NCBI GenBank assembly: GCA_046724795.1
Contig: JBKOXF010000102.1
Location: 1-35,155 of the forward strand
Reading direction: 5' to 3'
DNA length: 35,155 bases
DNA from: Actinomycetota bacterium
GTDB taxonomy: Bacteria > Actinomycetota > UBA4738 > JACQTL01
The notes under the pieces: model-generated
Database searches by the model: none
Told to the model about the DNA's origin: nothing
Seen by the model: the letters and a program-made list of their open reading frames with translations, nothing else
Program-made: the position numbers and the translations under genes
Part shown: in pieces, positions 7,249 to 14,994 of the stretch
How positions within the stretch are numbered: the stretch's first letter is position 1
Layout: each line of letters begins with the position of its first letter

Positions 7249-9856
7249 TCAGCCGCGCGTGGACCGTCGGCGCCAGATCCTCTGGAGAGATCTGCTTCGG
7301 CCCCCCGCCGATGGCGAGATCGGGCTTGCCTCCGGCCCGGCCGCCCGCCGCGGCGGCCAGGGGAAGCGCCACGTCTGCTGCCGTCAACCCCCGGTCGAGC
7401 AACGGCTTCGTCAGCGCGACGACCACGTTCGATCGTCCGTCTCCCGACGTGGCGAGGACGACCGCCGCCGGGTCGTTCGACAGGTAGCTCTTCAGCCGAA
7501 GGGCCATGTCACGGAGGGTCGAGGCGTCGCTGCCCGGCCGATACTCCACGAGCACCTTCACGCCGTCCAGGTCGGCCACGGTGTCGAGGAGACGCTCCAG
7601 CTCCCCCTTCTGCTCCTCCTTGCGGAGCTTGCCGAGCTCGCTCTCCAGCTGTTTCACGCGCTCGATGGCCCGGCGAGCGCGTTCCGGCGCCTGCTGGGGG
7701 TCGCCGGCGCCGAGGGCGGCGGTGACCTCCTCGAGCAGCGTGCGCTCCGCGTTGATGTGCTCGAGGGCATCCGGCCCGACCAGGGCCTCGATCCGGCGCA
7801 TCCCGGATCCGATCGACCCTTCACCGAGGATCCGCACGATGGCCACTTTGCCCGTGTGGGGCACGTGGGTGCCACCGCACAACTCCTTCGAGTAATCGCC
7901 GATCTCGACCACGCGCACGATGTCGCCGTACTTCTCGCCGAACAACGCAATCGCGCCCTCACCTCGCGCGTACTCGATGGTGGTCTCGTATGCACGGACC
8001 GGGTCGTCGTCGGCGAGCTTGGCGTTCGCCGTGTACTCCGTGGTCTGGAGGACGTCGCGAGGCACCCCCTGGTGGTGCGTGAAGTCGAACCGGAGTCTCC
8101 CTGGCTGCACGAGCGATCCAGCCTGCCGGGCGTGTTCGCCGAGGAGGTGGCGGAGCGTCCAGTGCACGACGTGGGTGGCGGTGTGGGATCGCGCGGCGCC
8201 GCCGCGGAACTCGGGGTCCACCTCGGCCAGCGCCGTCTCGCCCCGCCGCACCTCGCCTGACGTCACGGTGCCGTGATGGACGATGACGTCCCCGGGCCCG
8301 TGCCGGACGTCGCCAACGCGGATCGTTCCACCCGCCGTGCGGATCACGCCGCTGTCGCCGACCTGGCCTCCGCCCTCCGGGTAGAAGGGTGTGCGTGACA
8401 GGACCACGGAGACGTCCTGGCCCTCCGAGGCCACGTCCGTGTCGCGACCGTTCCAGATGAGGGATTCGATCCGGGCCTCGGCCGAGAGCGTCTCGTAGCC
8501 CAGGAACTCCGTTCGACCGAGCCGCGCCGACGCCGCAGCCAGTGCCTCCTCCTCGGTCACCAGCCCGCGCTGGGCCGACTCCTGGGCCCGGCGCCGCTGC
8601 TCCTCCATCAACGTCGCGAAGCGATCGGCGTCGAGCGACAGCCCCTGCTCGTCCAGCAGCTCACGCGTCAGCTCGATGGGGAACCCGAAGGTGTCGTGGA
8701 GCTGGAACGCCACGTCTCCGGAGTGCTTCGCCCATCCCGGTTCCGCGATCTCCTGCTCGAGCAACGTCAGGCCCTGACGGAGGGTGGCGGAGAACCGTTC
8801 CTCCTCCGAGCCGGCCACCTGCAGGATGAACTCGCGGTTCTCCCGGAGCTCGGGGTAGGCCTCCCCGTACATCTCGATGACACGCTCCGACAGCGCCGTG
8901 ATCGCCGGCTGATGCACGTCGAGGCGGCGGGCGTGGCTGACGACGCGACGGATGAGCCGACGCAGCACGTAGCCTCGACCCTCGTTCGATGGAAGCACGC
9001 CGTCGCCGATCAGGAACGTCACCGCGCGGGAGTGCTCCGCCACGATCTTCAGGCTGACGGTCGTGTTCTCGTCCTCGCGGTAGCGAGCGTTCGAGATGGA
9101 CAGTCCAACCTCGATCAAGGGCCACATCAGGTCGGTCTCGAAGTACGTCGGCGTGTCCTGCAGGACGGTGGCCACACGCTCCAGTCCGCTCCCGGTGTCG
9201 ATGTTCTTCTTGGGCAGGTCCCCCACGACCTCGCCCTCGTCGTTCATCTGGTTCTGCATGAACACGAGGTTCCAGATCTCCATGAACCGGTTCTCGTCGA
9301 CGGCCGGGCCGCCGTCCGGGCCGTACTTCGGGCCTCGGTCGACGAAGATCTCACTGCACGGCCCGCCGGGACCCGCCGCGTGGGTCCACCAGAAGTTGTC
9401 CTCCTTGCCCCGGCGGACGATCCGCTCGCGAGGGACCCCCACCTCGTCGGCCCACACGTCCACGGCCTCGTCGTCGGTCTCGAACACGGTGACCCACAAA
9501 CGCTCGGCGTCGATCCCGTAGCCCTCGGTGACCAGCTCGTACGCGTACTTCGCCGCGCCCGACTTGAAGTAGTCGCCGAACGAGAAGTTCCCGAGCATCT
9601 CGAACAGGGTGCAGTGCCGTGCGGTCCGTCCCACCAGCTCGATGTCCACGGTGCGGGCCGACTTCTGCACCGAGGTCGCGCGAAGGAACGACGGCTCGGC
9701 CTGTCCCAGGAAGTACGGGATGAATTGGTTCATGCCGGCGTTCGCCAGCAGCAGCCCCGTCTCCGGCGACGGGATCAGGGACGACGATCGGACACGCGTG
9801 TGTCCGCGCTCCTCGAAGTAGCGAAGGAAGAGATCGCGGATCTTTGAACCCTGCAC
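7226..9856 (-). CDS. alaS: Alanine--tRNA ligase
   Basis: NAGMNQF, EMLGNFSFGDYFK, EIWNLVFMQ, IDTGSGLER and NEGRGYVLRR motifs. The editing motifs HTATH and ELCGGTH and the C-Ala GGKP are present. Confidence 0.98.
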   Translation of the reverse strand: MQGSKIRDLFLRYFEERGHTRVRSSSLIPSPETGLLLANAGMNQFIPYFLGQAEPSFLRATSVQKSARTVDIELVGRTARHCTLFEMLGNFSFGDYFKSGAAKYAYELVTEGYGIDAERLWVTVFETDDEAVDVWADEVGVPRERIVRRGKEDNFWWTHAAGPGGPCSEIFVDRGPKYGPDGGPAVDENRFMEIWNLVFMQNQMNDEGEVVGDLPKKNIDTGSGLERVATVLQDTPTYFETDLMWPLIEVGLSISNARYREDENTTVSLKIVAEHSRAVTFLIGDGVLPSNEGRGYVLRRLIRRVVSHARRLDVHQPAITALSERVIEMYGEAYPELRENREFILQVAGSEEERFSATLRQGLTLLEQEIAEPGWAKHSGDVAFQLHDTFGFPIELTRELLDEQGLSLDADRFATLMEEQRRRAQESAQRGLVTEEEALAAASARLGRTEFLGYETLSAEARIESLIWNGRDTDVASEGQDVSVVLSRTPFYPEGGGQVGDSGVIRTAGGTIRVGDVRHGPGDVIVHHGTVTSGEVRRGETALAEVDPEFRGGAARSHTATHVVHWTLRHLLGEHARQAGSLVQPGRLRFDFTHHQGVPRDVLQTTEYTANAKLADDDPVRAYETTIEYARGEGAIALFGEKYGDIVRVVEIGDYSKELCGGTHVPHTGKVAIVRILGEGSIGSGMRRIEALVGPDALEHINAERTLLEEVTAALGAGDPQQAPERARRAIERVKQLESELGKLRKEEQKGELERLLDTVADLDGVKVLVEYRPGSDASTLRDMALRLKSYLSNDPAAVVLATSGDGRSNVVVALTKPLLDRGLTAADVALPLAAAAGGRAGGKPDLAIGGGPKQISPEDLAPTVHARLNELLAQR

Positions 9857-9901
9857 GGGGCTCTAGTCTAGGCGGCGGTTCGGGTGCCGCCGTGGAAGCG
9901 G

Positions 9902-10135
9902 CTAGGTGGTGTCGAGCTGCGCGCGGATCTCCGCCTCCTTCTCGGCCGCGCCCCGCCGCCACTCCTCCGCAGCCTCCCGGGCGAGCTGGCCCAGATCGCG
10001 GGCCGTCGAGCCGAGTTGCTGCCCAAGGTTGGCCGGGGCCATCCGCTGGCCCTGCCTGCGCATCCAGCGGGAAGCGATGATGGCGGCCGTAGCCCCGGCC
10101 CCCAGGCCGAGGGCCACCCAGAACGCGCGTCGCAC
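9902..10135 (-). CDS. Small membrane protein (DUF6167-like, typical upstream of alaS in Actinomycetota)
   Basis: N-terminal MRRAFWVALGLGAG TM segment followed by an amphipathic helix. It lies 1 bp after the DUF948 gene. Confidence 0.7.
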   Translation of the reverse strand: MRRAFWVALGLGAGATAAIIASRWMRRQGQRMAPANLGQQLGSTARDLGQLAREAAEEWRRGAAEKEAEIRAQLDTT

Positions 10136-10136
10136 G

Positions 10137-10505
10137 CTAGTCCTCCCTGCGGACGCGCTTGAAGGCCCGCGACGCCCCCGCGGCGAACGCGGCGAACTTG
10201 ATCAGCGGGTTCGACACCGTCTGCTCGACGACGACCGTGATCCGCTCCGCCGACTTCGAGATCCTCCCGGCCGAGTCCAGCACGGTGTCCACCCGATCGA
10301 GCTCCCGATTCACGCCGGACACGGTCTCCTTGACCTCACCGAGCAGGGGGACGGTCTCGGAGCGGATCCCGTCGATGAGCGTCTTCGTGCTCTCCAGGAC
10401 CCGGAAGAGCGTGATGAGGACGAGCCCCAGAAACAGCACCAACAGGCCCCAGAAGGCCGCCAGCACCACCAGCGAGACGTCGCCGGCGGAGAAATTCGCG
10501 ATCAC
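10137..10505 (-). CDS. DUF948 (YoxC-like) membrane-anchored coiled-coil protein
   Basis: TM segment (LAAFWGLLVLFLGLVL) followed by heptad helices and PLIKFAAFAAG. It has a strong RBS (GAGGAGGGAG) and a TATGAT -10 at 10535-10540. Confidence 0.8.
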   Translation of the reverse strand: MIANFSAGDVSLVVLAAFWGLLVLFLGLVLITLFRVLESTKTLIDGIRSETVPLLGEVKETVSGVNRELDRVDTVLDSAGRISKSAERITVVVEQTVSNPLIKFAAFAAGASRAFKRVRRED

Positions 10506-10571
10506 GCGCTCCCTCCTCGACTCACGCGGGCGGCATCATACCGAGGGCCTTGTCGGGCGTGCCTCCCGGGC

Positions 10572-11804
10572 TCACTCCTCGGCTTCCTCGCCCTGGTCGC
10601 TTGGCTCGTAGTAGCGGCGCCCCTCGTAGCGCTGCGGTCGGTATTCCTGCTCGACGTGGTGGTCCGGATAGTCGTGCGGGTACTTGTAGCCCTCGCCGTG
10701 CCCGAGCTTGCGGGCCCCGGGGTAGTGCGCGTCGCGGAGGTGCCGGGGCACCGGCTCGGCGGACCGGGCGTCCTCGGTGGCTCGTCCGATCGCCGAGATC
10801 ACGCTGTTGGACTTCGGCGCGGAAGCCAGGTAGATCGTGGCGTGGGCCAGGTTGATCGCCACCTCGGGAAGCCCGACGTATTCCACGGCGCTCGCAGCCG
10901 CGGTGGCGATGAGCAGCGCCCGAGGATCGGCCATCCCGATGTCCTCGCTCGCGTGGACCACCATCCGCCGGGCGATGTACCGAGGGTCCTCGCCCGCCTC
11001 GATCATCCGGGCCAGCCAGAACAACGAGGCGTCGACGTCGCTGCCCCGGATCGACTTGATGAACGCGCTGATGACGTCGTAATGGGCGTCGCCCTGGCGG
11101 TCGTAGACGATGGCCTTCTTCTGCACGGCGTCGGCGGCACGCTCGAGCGTGACCACGTCCCCCCCCGCGGCGCGCGCCGAGAGGACGGCCGCGTCCAGGC
11201 CGGTGAGGGCGACCCGGGCGTCGCCCCCGGCGATCTCGACGAGGTGCTCGAGGGCCTCGTCCGACACCTTCACGTTGAAGGCACCCAGGCCGCGTTCGGC
11301 GTCGGCCAAGGCCCGGTCCATGACCAGTCGGAGGTCCTCCCCGGAGAGTGGCTCGAGGCGAAGGAGGAGACATCGGGACAGGAGGGGCGTGACCAGCGAG
11401 AAGTACGGGTTCTCGGTGGTCGCTCCGATCAGCGTGATGGTTCCGGCCTCCACCGCCGGAAGCAGGACGTCCTGCTGGGCCTTCGACCACCGGTGGACCT
11501 CGTCGACGAACAGAACGGTTCGGAACATCCCCTCCTGCTTCGCCGACTGCATGATCTTGCGGGCATCGGCCACGCCCGAGGCCACCGCGGACAGTTGTTG
11601 CATCTCGGCGCCGACGGCCTCGGCCAGCAGATGCGCGATGGTGGTCTTGCCGGTCCCGGCTTGCCCCCACAGGATCAGGGACGGGAGGTGCCCGCCCTCT
11701 AGCAGGGACGTCAGCGCCTTCCCCGGCCCGAAGAGGTGTTGCTGTCCCACGAGCTCGTCGAAGCTGCGGGGGCGCATCCTCGTCGCGAGCGGAGCCTCGG
11801 CCAT
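10572..11804 (-). CDS. rarA: Replication-associated recombination protein A (RarA/MgsA AAA+ ATPase)
   Basis: PLATRMRP, GQAGTGKTT, FVDEVHR, GATTENP, HYDVISAFIKSIRGSD, SEDIGMAD and YKYPHD motifs. The start was moved to the ATG at 11804. Confidence 0.95.
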   Translation of the reverse strand: MAEAPLATRMRPRSFDELVGQQHLFGPGKALTSLLEGGHLPSLILWGQAGTGKTTIAHLLAEAVGAEMQQLSAVASGVADARKIMQSAKQEGMFRTVLFVDEVHRWSKAQQDVLLPAVEAGTITLIGATTENPYFSLVTPLLSRCLLLRLEPLSGEDLRLVMDRALADAERGLGAFNVKVSDEALEHLVEIAGGDARVALTGLDAAVLSARAAGGDVVTLERAADAVQKKAIVYDRQGDAHYDVISAFIKSIRGSDVDASLFWLARMIEAGEDPRYIARRMVVHASEDIGMADPRALLIATAAASAVEYVGLPEVAINLAHATIYLASAPKSNSVISAIGRATEDARSAEPVPRHLRDAHYPGARKLGHGEGYKYPHDYPDHHVEQEYRPQRYEGRRYYEPSDQGEEAEE

Positions 11805-11836
11805 GCCGGTTCCGAGGGTACTCGACCGCCGGACGC

Positions 11837-11864
11837 AGAAGGGGCGCCCGAAGGCGCCCCCTCT
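11837..11864 (-). terminator. Intrinsic terminator-like hairpin downstream of the Asp-box protein gene
   Basis: The minus strand reads GGGGCGCC-TTCG-GGCGCCCC-TTCT: an 8-bp GC stem with a C(UUCG)G tetraloop. Confidence 0.7.
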
Positions 11865-11886
11865 CACCGACTTCCCGGGCCGGGGG

Positions 11887-13464
11887 CTAGCTCACCTTCA
11901 CCACGAAGATGTCGGAGTTCCCGAAGTCCGTCGGACAGGAGTCGTAGATGTTCGGCTCGGGGGCCCTCCCCGCTCTCCAATCGTCGATCGCCGAGCAGGT
12001 GTCGCCCTGCATCGTCCCGGTGAACGAGAACCAGAACGCGCCGTCGGATCCCGCGTCGGCTCCGTTGTAGTCACCGAGGAACTGCGCCGTCAGTCCATTG
12101 GTCGTGGCGGCGTCCGGGTCGGACGTCGTCCCGGCGATCAGGACCGGCGCGCCGAAGCTCGTTCCGCCGTTCGAGGACAGGACGTAGTACGCGTCGTACG
12201 AGACGACGCCTGCCCCCGGATCGGTGCCGGCCGCGACGTCGTCGATGGCGGTGAAGCCGATAAAGACGTTCGATCCGTTCACGGCGGGCGCCGCGAAGAA
12301 CGCGCTCCGCCCCGACACGTCCGCCGCCGTGCTCGTCGTCCAGGTCCCGCCACCGTTCGTCGACTTGGCCAGCTTCACCACGCCGTGGCCGCTCGCGTAG
12401 TCGGTCCACGTCACGTAGAGGTTGCCGCTGGCGTCGGCGTCGGCCTGCGGGTTGCTGCTGTCCCTGAAGCTGGCTCCTGGCAGGGGCGACGGGTTGTCGT
12501 TCTTGAAGGAAACCAGGAACGGCTTCCCGAAGCTCACGCCTCCGTCGGTGGAGCGGGATCCCATGACGGCGCTCTGCCGGTTCAGCGATCCATCAAAGAA
12601 CACGTACACGTTGCCGTCGGGGGTGGTTCTGATGAACGAGTCCTGCCGGCCGCCGACGGCCCCGTTGTTGGCCGCCCGGGTGATCCTCACCGGCTTCGAC
12701 CACGTGAGCCCGCCGTCGTTCGAATGCGCGACCACGATGGGCTCCGGCGAGAAGGTGTTCGAGTTGCCGAACGACAGCGTCGGGTTCCCCGTGAACAGCG
12801 TCCACCCGACGTATACGCGTCCGAAGAACGGGCTCGACGGGTCGGCGTCCGCCCAGATTGAGATCTTGTCGTTGAACGAGACGGGGTTGAGCTTGTTGGT
12901 GGCCACGGCCGGCGCGCTCCACGTGGCGCCTTTGTCGTCGGAACGAGAGACGGCGAGGAGCTCGTGCGCGGGCCCGAACGACGGGTTACCCGCGAGCGAC
13001 CCGAAGTACGCCCTGGCACCGTTCGCGTAGGTGAATCCCCCGCTGCCGTCCGGCTTTGGACCGAACGCGACCACGGGGTCTCCGTCCGAGGTGATGTTGG
13101 AGCTCGGGAACCAATCCAGGATCTGCTGCGACCAACTGCCGCCGCCGTTCGTGGTCACGTAGACGCCGCTCGTGTCCACCGTGGGATCGAACGGGCAGCT
13201 CGACGGGCCTCCCGTCGCCGGTGTGCAGTCCGGCTCCTGGATCTCGTCGTTCGCGCCGGTGATGGCATTCGACGGGTCGACCGGGTTCACGGCCATGGGC
13301 GACTCGTTCTGCTTGTTCTGCGGGAAGTGCGTGACCCCCGCGGTTCCCGGGCTCACCTTGGTCAGCGTGACCGTGGTGGCCCGGCTCAGGCCGGACGCGA
13401 TCGCAACGATCGTCAAGGACGCGATCAGAACGATCGAGATCCGGGAAACCGGGTGTCTGCGCAT
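11887..13464 (-). CDS. Secreted Asp-box (BNR repeat) beta-propeller protein, sialidase-like family
   Basis: Signal peptide followed by six Asp-box-like motifs (TTNGGGSW, SDDKGATW, SNDGGLTW, STDGGVSF, STNGGGTW, SSNGGTSF) and a C-terminal FLGDY. RBS is GGAGG. Confidence 0.85.
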   Translation of the reverse strand: MRRHPVSRISIVLIASLTIVAIASGLSRATTVTLTKVSPGTAGVTHFPQNKQNESPMAVNPVDPSNAITGANDEIQEPDCTPATGGPSSCPFDPTVDTSGVYVTTNGGGSWSQQILDWFPSSNITSDGDPVVAFGPKPDGSGGFTYANGARAYFGSLAGNPSFGPAHELLAVSRSDDKGATWSAPAVATNKLNPVSFNDKISIWADADPSSPFFGRVYVGWTLFTGNPTLSFGNSNTFSPEPIVVAHSNDGGLTWSKPVRITRAANNGAVGGRQDSFIRTTPDGNVYVFFDGSLNRQSAVMGSRSTDGGVSFGKPFLVSFKNDNPSPLPGASFRDSSNPQADADASGNLYVTWTDYASGHGVVKLAKSTNGGGTWTTSTAADVSGRSAFFAAPAVNGSNVFIGFTAIDDVAAGTDPGAGVVSYDAYYVLSSNGGTSFGAPVLIAGTTSDPDAATTNGLTAQFLGDYNGADAGSDGAFWFSFTGTMQGDTCSAIDDWRAGRAPEPNIYDSCPTDFGNSDIFVVKVS

Positions 13465-13661
13465 GCAGCCCCTCCAATGCGCTCGGTGACCTGCCCCCGC
13501 AGGCCGACTGGATGAACCTCCGATGTCCGCGTGTCTACGTCAAATTGGCACTCTTGGGTATACGCGGCGCGTCCCCGAAGGGTTTCCACGGTTTGTCCGC
13601 CCCGGACTCCGGCCGTCGGCCGTCCGGCCGGGACTCCCGGATGGGACGGTAGGCTTCGCTG

Positions 13662-14723
13662 ATGCGCTGGATCGCGCTACCCGCCGGGATCGCACTGCTC
13701 GCGGTCACGCTGCTCGACGCGTTCCGAACCATGGTGATGCCTCGGGCGGCGCGCGGGCGGTTCCGACTGACACGCGTGCTCTTCCTGGCGCTGTGGCGGC
13801 CCTGGTCCTGGCTGGGCGTCAGGCAGCAATCGCCTCAGGCCCGGGAGAAGGTGCTCTCGCCCGCGGCGCCGTTCGCGTTGTTCGCCCTGCTGCTGGTGTG
13901 GGCGGCGTTGGCCATCATCGCGTACGCATTGATCATGCTCAGTCCGCTGTTCCACGACGGGATCCACGGCGCACGGACCTTCGGCGACCTCCTGTACGTG
14001 AGCGGCACGTCGTTCACGACCGTCGGGTTCAGCGGCGTGATCCATGCGACCGGGTGGGCCCGGATCCTCGTCGTGGTCGAGGCGGCTACAGGGCTCGGCC
14101 TGGTCGCCGTCGTGATCGCGTATCTGCCCGTGCTCTATCAGTCGTTCAATCGCCGCGAGGTCGGCATCATGTTGCTCGACGCGCGGGCGGGCTCACCCCC
14201 ATCCGGGCCGGAGCTCCTGATCCGAGCCAAGAACCGCGGGGCGCATACGGATCTCGATCGGCTGTTCCGGGAATGGGAGCGCTGGGCGTCGGATGTGCTG
14301 GAGACCCACCTGTCGTATCCGTTGCTGGCGTTCTTCCGATCGCCGCACGACTACACCTCCTGGGTGACGGCACTCGGCGCGGTGCTCGACGCGGCGACGT
14401 TGTCCATCGCAGCGATCGATCATCCGAGTGATCCGGCGGAGCTCCTCTACGCGACTGGTACACACGCCGTCGAGGATCTGTGGCGCTACTTCCGGATCCC
14501 CGACCGGGTTGCCGTTATCGAGCGCTCGGAGTTCGAAGAGGTCCTCGACAAGCTCCATGGGCTCGACGTCCCGCTCCGGGATCGCGATCTGGCCTGGGAC
14601 CGATTCAGCGAGCTGCGGGCACGGTACGGTGGTCGCCTCGACGCGCTAGCCGTGCGGGTAGCCGCGACGCCGGCCCAATGGATCGGCGACCGTTCGTTCC
14701 TGGGAGCTCGCACCCCGCACTGA
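13662..14723 (+). CDS. Potassium-channel-like membrane protein (Ion_trans_2-type pore domain plus cytoplasmic C-terminal domain)
   Basis: TM helices flank a pore helix and filter-like LYVSGTSFTTVGFSG, followed by VEAATGLGLVAVVIAYLPVLYQSFNRRE and ETHLSYPLLAFFRSP, typical of this bacterial family. A TAGGCT -10 lies 6 nt before the ATG. Confidence 0.8.
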   Translation: MRWIALPAGIALLAVTLLDAFRTMVMPRAARGRFRLTRVLFLALWRPWSWLGVRQQSPQAREKVLSPAAPFALFALLLVWAALAIIAYALIMLSPLFHDGIHGARTFGDLLYVSGTSFTTVGFSGVIHATGWARILVVVEAATGLGLVAVVIAYLPVLYQSFNRREVGIMLLDARAGSPPSGPELLIRAKNRGAHTDLDRLFREWERWASDVLETHLSYPLLAFFRSPHDYTSWVTALGAVLDAATLSIAAIDHPSDPAELLYATGTHAVEDLWRYFRIPDRVAVIERSEFEEVLDKLHGLDVPLRDRDLAWDRFSELRARYGGRLDALAVRVAATPAQWIGDRSFLGARTPH

Positions 14724-14752
14724 GAGTTCGCAACGGCGGCGCGAATCGCCTG

Positions 14753-14793
14753 ACGCCGGGGGTGGGGGTTGGGGAGGGGCAGCCGCTCCCCAA
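14753..14793 (+). repeat. Dispersed G-rich REP-like element, copy 1
   Basis: ACGCCGGGGGTGGGGGTTGGGGAGGGGCAGCCGCTCCCCAA. It is nearly identical to the reverse complement of 28916-28958 and has an internal TTGGGGAG...CTCCCCAA hairpin. Confidence 0.8.
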
Positions 14794-14799
14794 GAAAAA

Positions 14800-14957
14800 C
14801 GGAGCACCCTCGAGCCGATCCCGTGAACCGAGGCCCACGAAGTTTGGGTGCCCTCCCGGCGCCTTCGCGTACCCCTTTCGGGGTGCGACTCCCGCCACCG
14901 GAGCCGGGCTCCCTGTGCTGTAGTGCTGGTCCACAACACAGCTCGAGGGATGCTCCG
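14800..14957 (-). ncRNA. ssrS: 6S RNA (SsrS)
   Basis: Folds by hand into a rod. The closing stem is CGGAGCA(U)CCCUCGAGC/GCUCGAGGGUGCUCCG, then GUGGACC/GGUUCAC, then a central bubble (AGCACUACAGCACA opposite AAACUUCGUGGGCCUC). Next come GGGAGCCC/GGGCACCC and an apical ACCCC-GAAA-GGGGU stem. The GGGAGCCC, GGGCACCC and GGUUCA blocks and the aspS-to-rarA position match Firmicutes 6S-1. TTTTTCTT follows. Confidence 0.88.
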
Positions 14958-14964
14958 AAGCTCG

Positions 14965-14994
14965 ATGCTCCGCCTCGCCCCTCCGAGCTGTCAA
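14965..14994 (-). promoter_or_regulatory. Housekeeping-sigma promoter for the 6S RNA
   Basis: TTGACA (14989-14994, overlapping the aspS TGA)-N18-GAGCAT. The predicted TSS at about 14958/14957 coincides with the 5' end of the closing stem. Confidence 0.6.

Noticed and set aside
9857-9901. T-box leaders for alaS or hisS/aspS
   Set aside because: The alaS gap is only 45 bp with a -10 next to the start, and hisS is coupled to the MBL gene. No T-box motif was seen.
13569-13598. Minus-strand GGACAAACC-GTG-GAAA-CCCTTC-GGGGACGC resembling the c-di-GMP-I riboswitch P2 region, upstream of the Asp-box gene
   Set aside because: The stem around GAAA does not pair properly, and the following AAAGC and P3 elements are missing. 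An Rfam RF01051 search would settle it.
14605-14994. 129-aa and 97-aa minus-strand ORFs downstream of aspS
   Set aside because: They overlap the 6S RNA, the repeat and the channel gene's 3' end, and have no protein-like features.
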